A stretch of 64,000 bases of DNA from Acidimicrobiales bacterium (GTDB lineage: Bacteria > Actinomycetota > Acidimicrobiia > Acidimicrobiales > Aldehydirespiratoraceae): NCBI GenBank assembly GCA_029263175.1, contig JAJCXZ010000081.1, forward strand, positions 2,851 to 66,850, in the 5' to 3' direction. This document shows, in pieces, positions 20,472 through 30,275 of the stretch. The first letter of the stretch is position 1, and every line of letters starts with the position of its first letter. The position numbers and the translations under genes were made by a program. The notes beneath the pieces were generated by a model. The model was not told the origin of the DNA, searched no databases, and saw nothing but the letters and a program-made list of their open reading frames with translations.

Positions 20472-21014
20472 GTGTCTACGGGCGAGAGTGCCACCGTGAC
20501 GCAAACCATGGACCCTCCAGCCGCGGACCCCGCGGTCACCCATATTCCCTACAAGACGCAGAACGCCGCATGGCTCAACCTGTTCGCGCCGTTGGTAGTG
20601 GTGTCTCTCGTGCTGTCGGTGATCGCTCTCGTGGTCGCTGTCAACGTCGATCAGACCACTGTTGTCCAGAGCGGGCCGGTTGCCGCCACTGGGGCGACAT
20701 CCCTCACCGCTGAGCTCGGTGAGTGGGAGTTCGTGTTCGACTCGCCGGCTATCGCTGCCGACACTGATGTGGCGGTGACTTTCTCGAACGTCGGGAACGT
20801 CGAGCACAACTTCGCTGTCCTGCGCAGCGGGGCCGACCCTGCCGACGAGGAGCGGATCGACGACGGCATGATCGTCGCCGATCTCGGCGACGCTCAGCCG
20901 GGTGAGACCCTTTCGGGAACTCTCACTCTCGGCGCCGGCAACTACCTCGTCGTGTGCCTCATCCCGGGACACTTCAACTCCGGGATGAAGGCGGAACTGC
21001 AGGTGGCCGCATGA
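20472..21014 (+). CDS. membrane-anchored type-1 copper (cupredoxin) protein
   Basis: N-terminal TM helix; ligand pattern H (VEHNFAV) ... C-x4-H-x4-M (VVCLIPGHFNSGM). Confidence 0.75.
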   Translation: MSTGESATVTQTMDPPAADPAVTHIPYKTQNAAWLNLFAPLVVVSLVLSVIALVVAVNVDQTTVVQSGPVAATGATSLTAELGEWEFVFDSPAIAADTDVAVTFSNVGNVEHNFAVLRSGADPADEERIDDGMIVADLGDAQPGETLSGTLTLGAGNYLVVCLIPGHFNSGMKAELQVAA

Positions 21015-21154
21015 GCGGAAAGAGCCCAACCGACGCCAGCAGCACCGACCACGAACACAAGCCGAAGGGCACCCTCGTCCTGATGTTCATCTTTCTCGGC
21101 GTGATCGCCACTTTGTGGATCTGGATGTATCTGATCATGCTGAGCCGGAGCTGA
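21011..21154 (+). CDS. ba3-type cytochrome c oxidase subunit IIa-like small membrane protein
   Basis: 47-aa; KPKGTLVLMFIFLGVIATLWIWMYLIMLSRS resembles, from memory, Thermus subunit IIa (EKPKGAL...); ATG overlaps upstream stop. Confidence 0.6.
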   Translation: MSGKSPTDASSTDHEHKPKGTLVLMFIFLGVIATLWIWMYLIMLSRS

Positions 21155-21161
21155 GGGAGCT

Positions 21162-21638
21162 ATGGAAATCGATCGCTACGAACGCTGGTTCATGATCGCC
21201 ACATTCACGTTCATCATCGGGGCGGCACTCGCCCTCATGATCTCCGTGGTGGGCCATCACGCCTCCCTTGCCGAGTCGGCCGGCACCATCAACCCCGAAG
21301 ACGTCCGTACCACGGCGCCCTTCGACGCACCCGGGCTTCACCCCAGCACCGACCCCGATCACGACTACGACCTCGTGATCATCGCCCAGACCTGGTCATG
21401 GACCCCTGAGGAGATGGTGGTGCCTGTTGGTGCCAATGTCCGCATCCTCGCCACGTCCGTTGACGTTGTCCACGGGCTCAAGCTCAAGGACACCAATGCC
21501 AACGTGATGGTGATTCCCGGCCAGATCTCCGAAGTGCGAGATGTGCATTTCGACGAAGCCGGCACCTATTGGCTCTTCTGCCATGAGTACTGCGGAATCC
21601 AACACCACAACATGGCAGCAAGGGTGATCGCCGAATGA
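21162..21638 (+). CDS. cbaB: cytochrome c oxidase subunit II (ba3/B-family, CuA)
   Basis: One TM plus CuA site H...CHEYCGIQHHNM. Confidence 0.85.
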   Translation: MEIDRYERWFMIATFTFIIGAALALMISVVGHHASLAESAGTINPEDVRTTAPFDAPGLHPSTDPDHDYDLVIIAQTWSWTPEEMVVPVGANVRILATSVDVVHGLKLKDTNANVMVIPGQISEVRDVHFDEAGTYWLFCHEYCGIQHHNMAARVIAE

Positions 21639-23344
21639 CCGCCACACTCGACCCCCAATCATCTGACGCGGCCGACGATGTCAGAGTCGGACCAGGCTGG
21701 GAAATCGATATCGATGGAGTGACGCGAGAAGACCTCGCGCCGGTCCGCCGTCAACTATGGCTCGCACTGGTCGGCCTCGCTCTGGGCGCCCTCATGGGCA
21801 TAGCTCAGGCGGCTGATCGAGCCGACATCAACCTCTACGATGCATTCCAGCTCGAGTCGTACTACCAGGGCCTCACGCTGCACGGCGTGGCACTCGCTTT
21901 CATCTTCACGTTCTGCTTCTCGAACGCCTTCCTGTCGATCCTCGGCATGCGGGCCTACGGGCGGCCATTGAACCGGATGCTCGCCAACGCTTCGCTGTAT
22001 GTCGCCTGGCTCGGAGTGTTGCTGGCCGCCTGGGCAATCTTGGCCAACAAGGCCACGGTGATGTTCACGTTCTACGCCCCGCTCGAAGCCACGCCGGCGT
22101 TCTACTTCGGCGCTGTGTTCCTTGTGATCTCGACGTGGATCGTGTTCTTGAACCTGGTGCTGACCCATCGCCAGTGGCGAGCCGAGCACGAACACGAGCG
22201 CATCCCGCTGCTCGGATTCGTGTCGCTCATGACCTCGCTGATGTGGTTCCTTGCCAGCCTCGGGGTCGCCATCCAGGTCCTTGGCTTCATGATCCCGTGG
22301 TCACTCGGATGGGTCGACGAGATCGACCCCCAGTTCACGCGAATCCTGTTCTGGTTCACCGGGCACCCGATCGTCTACTTCTGGCTGCTGCCGGTCTACA
22401 TCTCGTGGTACCTCAGCCTCCCGAAGCTGGTCGGTGGCCGGATCTACAGCGACGGCCTCGTTCGGATGGTGTTCATCGCTTTCGTCGTGCTGATCCCGGT
22501 CGGCATCCACCACCAGTTCACCGATCCCGGCATCCCGTTCACGTCGAAGTCGGTCTCGTTCATCTTGACCTTCTTCATCTTCTTCCCGTCGACGGTGACG
22601 GCGTTCTCGATCTTCGCCTCCTTGGAGGAGGGTGGTCGTGCCAACGGCGGCACAGGTCTGATTGGCTGGATCCGCAAGTTGCCCTGGGGCAATCCAGCGG
22701 TCTCGGGGCAACTCCTCGCCGGCATCGGGTTCATGCTCGGTGGTGCGTCCGGGCTCATCAACGCCAGCTTCACGGTCAACAACCTGGTCCACAACACCGC
22801 CTTCATCCCCGGCCATTTCCACCTCACGGTGGGCACGGGTGTGGCGCTGTCGATCATGGCCATCTGTTACTGGCTGGTTCCCTACCTCACCGGTCGAGAA
22901 CTCTGGGGTCGCCGCATAGCTGTGACCCAGACGTGGCTCTGGCTCGGAGGCGTGTTCATCTTCAGCCGCGGCCAGATGATGGGTGGCATCGACTCGATGC
23001 CTCGCCGCACCCAGGCCAGTGGGTCGAACTACTTCGACGCTCAGGGTTCCACCTGGGAGTGGGCAAACGCGCTGACCGCCGTCGGCGGAACGGTCATGTT
23101 CGTGTCGGCGCTGCTGTTCTTCATGGTCGTCATCGGCACCGTGGCCAACCCGATCGCTGTGACCGGGCGTCAGGAGATTCCGATCGCCGAGGTCGTCCAT
23201 GGTCCTCGCCGCAGTTGGGCGATCCTCGACGACATCAAGATCTGGGCCGCTATCGCCGTGGTCCTGACGGTCGTCGTCTACGGCGAGGTGATCTGGCACT
23301 ACGGCGGCCTGAACAATGTCAGCGGCGGGTTCCGCGTCTGGTAG
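21635..23344 (+). CDS. cbaA: cytochrome c oxidase subunit I (B-family, ba3-type)
   Basis: 569-aa polytopic ORF; WFTGHPIVYFWLLP, HHQF and HFHLTVG histidine motifs. Confidence 0.9.
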   Translation: MTATLDPQSSDAADDVRVGPGWEIDIDGVTREDLAPVRRQLWLALVGLALGALMGIAQAADRADINLYDAFQLESYYQGLTLHGVALAFIFTFCFSNAFLSILGMRAYGRPLNRMLANASLYVAWLGVLLAAWAILANKATVMFTFYAPLEATPAFYFGAVFLVISTWIVFLNLVLTHRQWRAEHEHERIPLLGFVSLMTSLMWFLASLGVAIQVLGFMIPWSLGWVDEIDPQFTRILFWFTGHPIVYFWLLPVYISWYLSLPKLVGGRIYSDGLVRMVFIAFVVLIPVGIHHQFTDPGIPFTSKSVSFILTFFIFFPSTVTAFSIFASLEEGGRANGGTGLIGWIRKLPWGNPAVSGQLLAGIGFMLGGASGLINASFTVNNLVHNTAFIPGHFHLTVGTGVALSIMAICYWLVPYLTGRELWGRRIAVTQTWLWLGGVFIFSRGQMMGGIDSMPRRTQASGSNYFDAQGSTWEWANALTAVGGTVMFVSALLFFMVVIGTVANPIAVTGRQEIPIAEVVHGPRRSWAILDDIKIWAAIAVVLTVVVYGEVIWHYGGLNNVSGGFRVW

Positions 23345-23365
23345 TCGGGATCGATCCGAACGATC

Positions 23366-23390
23366 GGGGGGCGCTCAGAGAGCGTCCCCC
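23366..23390. terminator. bidirectional hairpin between convergent genes
   Basis: GGGGGCGCTC-aga-GAGCG(T)CCCCC followed by GGTGTTCGTT. Confidence 0.5.
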
Positions 23391-23410
23391 GGTGTTCGTT
23401 GTCGGCCAGG

Positions 23411-24043
23411 TCAGTTGACGCGCTGGGCCAAGGTCATGGCGCCCGTGGCGGGAACGAAGAGCTCGCCGGCCTTCGCGGCTCGTTCCAGATACTCGGCGTT
23501 GCCCATGAGCGCGGCCTGAGCATCGTCGACCGCGGCGGCGTCGGCGTATGCCGCCACCCAGCTCATCTCGCCGACGCCGGCGAAGCTGTTGACGCAGAAG
23601 GACACGGCGTTTCCGGTCGTGGCAGCGACGAAGTCGGCCATGTCGGCCCCGAACGCGATCGCCTCTGCAGTATTGCCGGCGTGCGCGGTGGCGGTGAGTG
23701 ACGAGACATAGCCGATCGCACCCGGGGTGCCGGCTTGGTGCACGACATTCAGCAGTCGGTCAGCGAACGACCCGGTGACGAAGAGCCCCTTCTCGCCGGC
23801 TTCGGCGGCCTTCGCCGCGTAGCTCTCACTCTCGGCGAGCTTCTGTCCGACTGCGGCCATGGTGGCGAACGACTCGACCTGAGCCGACCAGCTGACCGTC
23901 CCCATGGGAACGCCGTAGAGGCCCGTCCAGACGCCGATCGCCACGCCGCTCGCGGCCTCGACCTCTGCCGCCATGTCCACGGCGAAGCCGATCGCCCCGG
24001 GCAGATCGTTTGCGGCCTGTGCCGAACGAATGTTGATGTACAT
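23411..24043 (-). CDS. hypothetical protein made of two about 100-aa internal repeats
   Basis: Start ATG 24043 preceded by AAGGAGGG SD; the two halves align (AIGFAVDMAAEVEAASG.. with AIAFGADMADFVAATTG..); no family recognised. Confidence 0.6.
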   Translation of the reverse strand: MYINIRSAQAANDLPGAIGFAVDMAAEVEAASGVAIGVWTGLYGVPMGTVSWSAQVESFATMAAVGQKLAESESYAAKAAEAGEKGLFVTGSFADRLLNVVHQAGTPGAIGYVSSLTATAHAGNTAEAIAFGADMADFVAATTGNAVSFCVNSFAGVGEMSWVAAYADAAAVDDAQAALMGNAEYLERAAKAGELFVPATGAMTLAQRVN

Positions 24044-24149
24044 GATGAACCCTCCTTGGTTGCAGGACGGCCCCATCGGTCGCCCTGGGTTCCACCATGC
24101 GCCTGCCTGCCAGCGGCGTATGTAACCCACGTCACGCGGGCCCGCTGAA

Positions 24150-25787
24150 TCAACCTCGGAGCTTCACCGGGGTGGTTACCTCGGCGTAGAAGTCGTTGCC
24201 TTTGTCGTCGACAACGATGAAGGCGGGGAAGTCTTCGACCTCGATCCTCCAGACCGCTTCCATTCCGAGCTCGGGGAACTCGAGCACCTCGACGCTGCGA
24301 ATCGAATCCTTGGCGAGACGGGCGGCAGGGCCGCCGATCGAGCCGAGGTAGAACCCGCCGTGGGTGGCGCAGGCCTCGGTGACCTGGCGGGAGCGGTTGC
24401 CCTTGGCCAGCATCACCATCGAACCGCCGGCGGCCTGGAACTGCTCGACATAGGAATCCATACGACCGGCGGTCGTGGGACCAAACGAGCCCGATGCGTA
24501 TCCTTCCGGCGTCTTGGCCGGGCCTGCGTAGTAGATGGCGTGGTCTCGCAGATACTGCGGCATCGGCTCGCCGGCGTCGAGGCGTTCCTTGATCTTCGCG
24601 TGGGCGATGTCGCGGCCGACGACCAGAGTGCCGGTGAGGGAGAGCCGAGTCTTGACCGGGTACTGGCTCAGCTGGTTGCGGATGGCGTCCATCGGCTGGT
24701 TGAGGTCGACGGCCACAGTTTCGGTCGACAGGACATCTTCGGTCGCTTCAGGGAGGAACCGGGCGGGATCGGTCTCGAGCTGCTCGAGGAAGACCCCCTC
24801 GGCGGTGATCTTCGCCCGGGCCTGACGGTCAGCAGAACACGAGACCGCCAGTCCGACGGGGTTGGAGGCGCCATGGCGGGGGAGGCGAATCACGCGGATG
24901 TCGTGGCAGAAGTACTTGCCGCCGAACTGGGCCCCGATCCCGAACTCTTGTGTCTGCTCGAGGATCCGCTGCTCCCATTCGAGGTCGCGGTAGCCATGGC
25001 CGGTGGCCTCATCCCCCGATGTCGGCAGGGTGTCGAGATAGTGGGCCGATGCGAGCTTCGCTGTCTTCAAGCAGAACTCGGCCGACGTGCCTCCGACCAC
25101 CAGGGCGAGGTGATAGGGCGGGCACGCAGACGTGCCGATCGCGCGGAGCGACTCGTCGAGGAAGTCGATCATCGACTCTTCGTTCAGCAGCGCCTTCGTC
25201 TTTTGGAACAGGAACGACTTGTTGGCGGAACCGCCACCCTTCGCCATGAACAGGAACTCATAACTCTGACCCGGCTTCGTGTACAGCTCGATCTGGGCGG
25301 GGAGATTGTTGCCGGTGTTCTTCTCTTCGAACATCGACGTCGGCGCCAGCTGCGAGTAGCGCAGGTTCGACTCGGTATAGGTGTCGTAGATGCCGCGGCT
25401 GATCCATTCGGCATCGTCGGCGAAGGTGACGACTTGATCGCCCTTCTTGCCCATGACGATCGCCGTGCCGGTGTCCTGGCACATCGGCAGGACACCGGCT
25501 GCGGCGATGTTCGAGTTGAGAAGGAGTTCAGTCGCGACGAACACGTCGTTGGGCGACGCCTCCGGGTCATCGAGGATCGACGCCAACTGTTCAAGATGCT
25601 CGGTGCGGAGATAGTGCGAGATATCGCGCATCGCTTCGCGGGTCAGCAGCTGTATTGCCTCCGGCTCCACCTTGAGCAGTGTGTGCCCGTCGACGTCGAC
25701 GGTGGACACTCCTTCGGTCGTGAGAAGCCGGTATTCCGTCGTGTCGGGGCCGACGGGGAGAAGATCGGAGTACGCAAACTCGGGCAT
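24150..25787 (-). CDS. fumA: class I (Fe-S) fumarate hydratase
   Basis: Start ATG 25787 ([11 protein letters not shown]...); [10 protein letters not shown], fused alpha+beta tartrate/fumarate hydro-lyase layout, about 545 aa. Confidence 0.9.
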   Translation of the reverse strand: MPEFAYSDLLPVGPDTTEYRLLTTEGVSTVDVDGHTLLKVEPEAIQLLTREAMRDISHYLRTEHLEQLASILDDPEASPNDVFVATELLLNSNIAAAGVLPMCQDTGTAIVMGKKGDQVVTFADDAEWISRGIYDTYTESNLRYSQLAPTSMFEEKNTGNNLPAQIELYTKPGQSYEFLFMAKGGGSANKSFLFQKTKALLNEESMIDFLDESLRAIGTSACPPYHLALVVGGTSAEFCLKTAKLASAHYLDTLPTSGDEATGHGYRDLEWEQRILEQTQEFGIGAQFGGKYFCHDIRVIRLPRHGASNPVGLAVSCSADRQARAKITAEGVFLEQLETDPARFLPEATEDVLSTETVAVDLNQPMDAIRNQLSQYPVKTRLSLTGTLVVGRDIAHAKIKERLDAGEPMPQYLRDHAIYYAGPAKTPEGYASGSFGPTTAGRMDSYVEQFQAAGGSMVMLAKGNRSRQVTEACATHGGFYLGSIGGPAARLAKDSIRSVEVLEFPELGMEAVWRIEVEDFPAFIVVDDKGNDFYAEVTTPVKLRG

Positions 25788-26082
25788 GGTGGTAACGCTA
25801 CCCGGCGCTACGCTCGCGGCCGTGAGCGGGGATCCGGACAGAATCATCAACCAGATTGCCCATGCGTTCAACCCTGCCGAGTGGCGTGGCTGGTCGTTGG
25901 CGATCGCGATCGTGGTCTTCGCGGCCGTGCTCAGCGTGACGGTGATTCAGCGGGCGTTGGTGGCCGACACCACGTCGGAGTGGGTGCTCACCGGCATCCA
26001 CGGAGTGATCGTTGCCGCCATCATCCCGCTGCTGGCAATCCGGGCCGTCGGCGATTGGCGAGCCGCCCAGGACCAGAACTAG
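25786..26082 (+). CDS. small membrane protein, hypothetical
   Basis: Two predicted TM helices ([31 protein letters not shown]); start uncertain, shares a CATG with the divergent fumarase start. Confidence 0.35.
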   Translation: MVVTLPGATLAAVSGDPDRIINQIAHAFNPAEWRGWSLAIAIVVFAAVLSVTVIQRALVADTTSEWVLTGIHGVIVAAIIPLLAIRAVGDWRAAQDQN

Positions 26083-26552
26083 AGAGCGGTGCCTGCGAAG
26101 GGTGCCGGGTCGCCGTCGGCGGGAAGCTGCGTGCGGCTCCACTCGGTCTGAGAGTCGATGGCCTCGGCTACTTCACGCCAGCTCTCGGGGTCCCATCCTT
26201 CGGCCTTGGCCACGATGTTGCCGTCTTGGCGAACCAGAGCGAATGCGGGAGCGGCTTCAATGCCCCAACCCTTCAGCGCAGCCCGGTCGGGATCAGCGAA
26301 GGTGAGGAACTCGTCGGCGTAGGGGCCGAGAAACTCCTTGGCGTCATCGGCTGACGCCGCGACGAGCCAGCAGGGACGGCAGTCGGCGTCCTTGTACGCG
26401 GCGAGAACCCGACGAGCGGTGTCGAGGATCCAGGCGCTCTCGTTCGTATACGGGTCGATGACCACCGCTACGAGCGGGAAGGTCGTGAGCCACTCGCTCA
26501 GTGAGCGGGACTCGCCATCGAGGGGCGTGAGTTCGAAATCGAGGGCTACCAC
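26079..26552 (-). CDS. hypothetical protein, thioredoxin-fold-like without CxxC
   Basis: 157-aa ORF with redoxin-like order of elements (LTPLDGESRSL..VAVVIDPYT..PAFALVRQDGNI) but no redox cysteine pair. Confidence 0.45.
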   Translation of the reverse strand: MVALDFELTPLDGESRSLSEWLTTFPLVAVVIDPYTNESAWILDTARRVLAAYKDADCRPCWLVAASADDAKEFLGPYADEFLTFADPDRAALKGWGIEAAPAFALVRQDGNIVAKAEGWDPESWREVAEAIDSQTEWSRTQLPADGDPAPFAGTAL

Positions 26553-26673
26553 GGAGGGTCAAGTTATCGCGGTGGAGGCGGGTCGGGTCGCATCGGGCAC
26601 CCAGCGTTGGTCTTGCGGGCTGTGACCGTGACCGTAGACAGCAATCGACACGACCCCAACTACGATCTGTGTC

Positions 26674-27462
26674 GTGCACCCCATTGAGCGACTTCGCCAT
26701 ATGGCCCGTGCCGGCGACGTCGGCACCGCCTCGCTGGTCCGCGAAGCCGCGGTCGCATTGGGAGCCACTGCCCACGATCCCATGGAACTGGTCATGGCCT
26801 GTCGACAACTGATCGACAGACGACCGTCGTCGGGGCCACTGGTGTGGCTTTCGGCCCGGATGATCACCGGCTCCGGAGCAGGAGCCGAGGCATGGGATGC
26901 GGCCGAAGCAATCGAGCGCGATACGACTGCCCGAGAGCTGGCGCACGTGCTGGATGCCGGCACCACAGTGCTCATCATCGGTTCGCCCGAGATTGCAGGC
27001 GACGCGCTCCTTGCCCGCCGCGACGTGGATGTGCTGGTCGCCGACACGATCGGCGAGGGTTATGGGCTGGTCCATCAGCTCGAAATCAACGACCACGCGG
27101 TGGCGGATGTGCCGGCCGGAGGAGTGGGCTCGGCGGCCGCCGGGGCCGATCTGGTTCTCCTGGAGACCGATGCCCTCAGCGATGGTGGTGCGCTCTGTCG
27201 TACCGGTTCGCTCGCAGCTGCCGCGGTTGCCCACCACGCCGGTGTACCGGTCTGGCTGGTGGCCGGGGTCGGTCGATGCTTGCCGCGACGCATGTGGGAG
27301 CCGATGGCAGACCGCTCGATCAGCGATCAACCGTGGGATGACGAGGTCGAGTTGGTGCCTCTCGAGCTCGTTGCGAAAGTGATCGGGCCGTCTGGCCCGC
27401 AACCGGTCGCCGAGGCTCGACTCCGGGTTGATTGCCCGATTGCACCAGAATTGGTCCGATGA
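26674..27462 (+). CDS. eIF-2B alpha/beta/delta-like family protein
   Basis: GTG start; C-terminal ADLVLLETDALSDGGALCRTGSLAAAAVAHHAGVPVWLVAG resembles the IF-2B family Rossmann part. Confidence 0.5.
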   Translation: MHPIERLRHMARAGDVGTASLVREAAVALGATAHDPMELVMACRQLIDRRPSSGPLVWLSARMITGSGAGAEAWDAAEAIERDTTARELAHVLDAGTTVLIIGSPEIAGDALLARRDVDVLVADTIGEGYGLVHQLEINDHAVADVPAGGVGSAAAGADLVLLETDALSDGGALCRTGSLAAAAVAHHAGVPVWLVAGVGRCLPRRMWEPMADRSISDQPWDDEVELVPLELVAKVIGPSGPQPVAEARLRVDCPIAPELVR

Positions 27463-28721
27463 AACGCGTCGGCCTGGTGTTCTTTGTCGTTGTGATGTTC
27501 GGGCTCGGGATGTATCTCGGCAATCGGACGCCCGATGACCAGTCGGAAGCTGCAGCAGCCGCCACCGACGTGGAGGCCGCGGCGGTCACGTCCACGAGTA
27601 CCACATCGACGACCACCACAACCACCACGACCACAACGACGACGCTTCCTCCTCCCCGAGCCGCCACGATGGCGTTCACGGGGGATCTGCTCCCGCACGG
27701 CGGCGTGCAGAATGCGGCCGCGGCATGGGCCGCTGACGCAGGCGTAGATGGCTGGGATTTCCGACCGATGTTCGATGAGGTCAGACCGATTCTCTCGGCC
27801 GTCGATCTCGCCATCTGTCACCTCGAGACACCGATCTCGTACAACGACACCAACCTCAGTGGCTACCCGATCTTCAACGCTCCCCGGGCGCTCGTCGAAG
27901 GCGCACTGGATGCCGGTTACGACGGCTGCTCCACTGCGTCGAACCACTCGTACGACCGATCCGCCAACGGTGTCGTCGGCACGCTGGATGCCATGGACGA
28001 GATGGGTATGCCGTTCGCGGGGATGGCCCGCAGCGAAGAGGAAGACCTTGCGCCGGTCATCTACGAAGTCAACGGCATCACCATCGCTCACATCTCGGCC
28101 ACATACGGCCTGAATGGCTTCTCGATGCCGGCTGATCGGCAGTATCTCGTCGACGTGATCGACGCCGAGGAGATCATCGCGGAGGCCGGCCTGGCGAAAG
28201 CTGCAGGCGCCGAGTTCGTTGTGGTCAGCCTTCACTGGGGCAACGAATACCGCCACGAGCACACGTCCTGGCAGAACGAACGCCTTGCCGAGATCCTGCC
28301 ATCGGATGAGGTCGACCTGATCATCGGCCATCACGCCCATGTCGTGCAGCCCGTCGACAAGGTCGGTGACGAGTGGGTTGTGTTCGGGCTCGGCAACTTC
28401 GTGTCGAACCAGTCAGCCAATTGCTGCGTGACCGCGTCCCAGGACGGGATGATCGCCACCGTGCAGCTCCTCGAGAACAAGCTCACGGGCAGGATCGAGG
28501 CGGTCGGCGTGCACTACGTCCCGACGTGGGTCGATCGCCACAACGGCTACATCATCCGGGTGGCGGAACCCGGCCGTGACGACGTGCCGGGCGAAACCGC
28601 CCGAATCCTCGAGGCGTCGGAAAGTCGCACCGAGGATGTGGTGAGCTCCCGGCTCGGCCCGATCGACGGGCTCACCGCGGAGAGCGACTTCAGGTCCGAT
28701 CAGCCAACAGACGACGAATGA
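27459..28721 (+). CDS. CapA family (PGA_cap metallophosphatase-like) protein
   Basis: ATG 27459 overlapping upstream stop; TM anchor, poly-Thr linker, then FTGDLLPHGG, NHSYD, SLHWGNEY, IIGHHAHVVQP motifs. Confidence 0.8.
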   Translation: MKRVGLVFFVVVMFGLGMYLGNRTPDDQSEAAAAATDVEAAAVTSTSTTSTTTTTTTTTTTTLPPPRAATMAFTGDLLPHGGVQNAAAAWAADAGVDGWDFRPMFDEVRPILSAVDLAICHLETPISYNDTNLSGYPIFNAPRALVEGALDAGYDGCSTASNHSYDRSANGVVGTLDAMDEMGMPFAGMARSEEEDLAPVIYEVNGITIAHISATYGLNGFSMPADRQYLVDVIDAEEIIAEAGLAKAAGAEFVVVSLHWGNEYRHEHTSWQNERLAEILPSDEVDLIIGHHAHVVQPVDKVGDEWVVFGLGNFVSNQSANCCVTASQDGMIATVQLLENKLTGRIEAVGVHYVPTWVDRHNGYIIRVAEPGRDDVPGETARILEASESRTEDVVSSRLGPIDGLTAESDFRSDQPTDDE

Positions 28722-30264
28722 TCACCTTGAGGCACAGCGTCTCGTCTGCACCCTCGAAGATCGACAGCACCCGAGCGTCGACGAAGTAGCGAGACACAGC
28801 GTACTCCTCGGCGTAGCCCATGCCGCCGTGAATCTGCATCGCTTCGCGGGTGACCCACTCGGCGGCTCGGCACACGTAGGCCTTCACCATCGACGCTTCG
28901 AGCGTGCCCTTGCCGTCGCCCATCAGATGCGCAACGTGGAGGGCGTACTGTCGGGCGGCCTGGATGATGATGGCCATCCGGCCGAGCTTCGCCTGGGTGA
29001 GTTGGTACTGAGCGATGGGCTGGTCGAATACCACCCGCTCGTTGGCGTAGGCCACTGCGGACTCGTAGGCGGCCTGCATGACGCCAACCGCCCGAGCGGC
29101 GGTCTGGAGCCGCCCGTTCTCGAAGCCCTGCATCTGGAAGTAGAAACCTCGGCCCTCACCATCGGCCTCGCCGATCAGAGCGTCGGCGGGGACCCACCAG
29201 TCGTCGAAGCTGACTTCATAGCTGTGCATGCCGCGATAACCGATGGTGTCGATGGCACGACCTTCCATACGGCCGCCATCAGGCTGCTCGTGGGTGAAGC
29301 CGTGTCCGCCGCCCCGGGGCTTTGGCACGATGAACACGCTCAGGCCCCTGTGATCCGTCGAACCAGGCGTCGTTCGGGCGAGCAACATGAGCACGTCGGC
29401 ACGACCGGCGAACGTGCACCAGGTCTTGGTGCCATTTATCACCCAACCGTTCTGATCGTCGCGGGTGGCCGCGACACGAATGCCGGCGACGTCGCTGCCA
29501 TGGTCGGGTTCGGTGACAGCAACGGCAGCCATGATCTCGCCGCGGGCGAGCTTGGGTAGCCACTCGGTCTTCTGGGTTTCGGTTCCGCCGGCGAGCAACG
29601 CGCGGGTGAGGATCTCGGGGCGGGTGATGAGGGATCCGCCGATTCCCAGTGAGCCCCGGGAGAGCTCCTCGGTAGCGACCACCATGCCGAGATAGTCACG
29701 GGCACCGCCTTCGGCGAACCCGCCGTATTCGACAGGAGCAGAAAGACCGAAGACTCCAAGCTCCGCAAGGCCGCCGATGAGATCCTCGGGGATGTCGGTG
29801 TTGGTGCGATGGATGTGCTCGGCGATCGGCGCGATCTGCTCTTCAGCGAAACGACGGAACGTCTCGGCGACCAGTTCGAAGTCTTCGTCGAGGTGATTGG
29901 GTGCGCCGTCGACGAGCGACGCGAGCAGCCCCGGCTCGCGCCCGGCTGACATGAACGCTCGGACGCTGTCGAGGGCCCCGATCTCACATCCCCAGGCTGC
30001 TTCCCTGCCGAGAAGCCGAGCGCCGACGTCGTGCGCCACATCGGCGATGAAGGCCACGGTCAGTTGTGCTTCGGCTTCGCCCCGGTCCCCGTAGGCGAGC
30101 AGGTTGGTGGCCGATGCGACCGCGGCGGCGGCGTGTGCAACGTCGTAGGCGACCACCTGATGGTCGTCGATGTTGACTCCAACCAGGGTGTCGAGCGCAC
30201 GGTCGACAACGCCTTGGAGGGTGGCGGCGACGTCGGCGGCGTCAACAAGAGTGAGGGTTGTCAT
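28690..30264 (-). CDS. acyl-CoA dehydrogenase family protein with N-terminal extension
   Basis: Start ATG 30264 (MTTLTLVDAAD...); EPDHGSDVAG, IHGGMGYAEEY, IFEGADE motifs; 3' end overlaps capA 3' end by 32 nt. Confidence 0.85.
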   Translation of the reverse strand: MTTLTLVDAADVAATLQGVVDRALDTLVGVNIDDHQVVAYDVAHAAAAVASATNLLAYGDRGEAEAQLTVAFIADVAHDVGARLLGREAAWGCEIGALDSVRAFMSAGREPGLLASLVDGAPNHLDEDFELVAETFRRFAEEQIAPIAEHIHRTNTDIPEDLIGGLAELGVFGLSAPVEYGGFAEGGARDYLGMVVATEELSRGSLGIGGSLITRPEILTRALLAGGTETQKTEWLPKLARGEIMAAVAVTEPDHGSDVAGIRVAATRDDQNGWVINGTKTWCTFAGRADVLMLLARTTPGSTDHRGLSVFIVPKPRGGGHGFTHEQPDGGRMEGRAIDTIGYRGMHSYEVSFDDWWVPADALIGEADGEGRGFYFQMQGFENGRLQTAARAVGVMQAAYESAVAYANERVVFDQPIAQYQLTQAKLGRMAIIIQAARQYALHVAHLMGDGKGTLEASMVKAYVCRAAEWVTREAMQIHGGMGYAEEYAVSRYFVDARVLSIFEGADETLCLKVIIRRLLADRT

Positions 30265-30275
30265 GGGCGACCACC

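Noticed and set aside
22135-23418. 427-aa plus-strand and 332-aa minus-strand ORFs inside cytochrome oxidase subunit I
   Set aside because: Off-frame or antisense to coxI; Arg/Pro/His-rich junk translation.
25785-25788. Shared CATG serving as start codon for both the fumarase (minus) and a small membrane ORF (plus)
   Set aside because: The plus-strand start is not independently supported; it is probably coincidence. The small ORF is kept only as a low-confidence feature.
24360-26354. 664-aa plus-strand ORF
   Set aside because: Antisense to the highly conserved class I fumarase; Arg/Gly/Val-rich translation without domain signatures.
27590-27655. Short ACC/ACG/ACA-rich periodic stretch that might look like a tandem repeat
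   Set aside because: It is in frame within capA and encodes a poly-Thr linker (TSTSTTSTTTTTTTTTTTTLPPP), so it is low-complexity coding sequence and not a CRISPR or VNTR.
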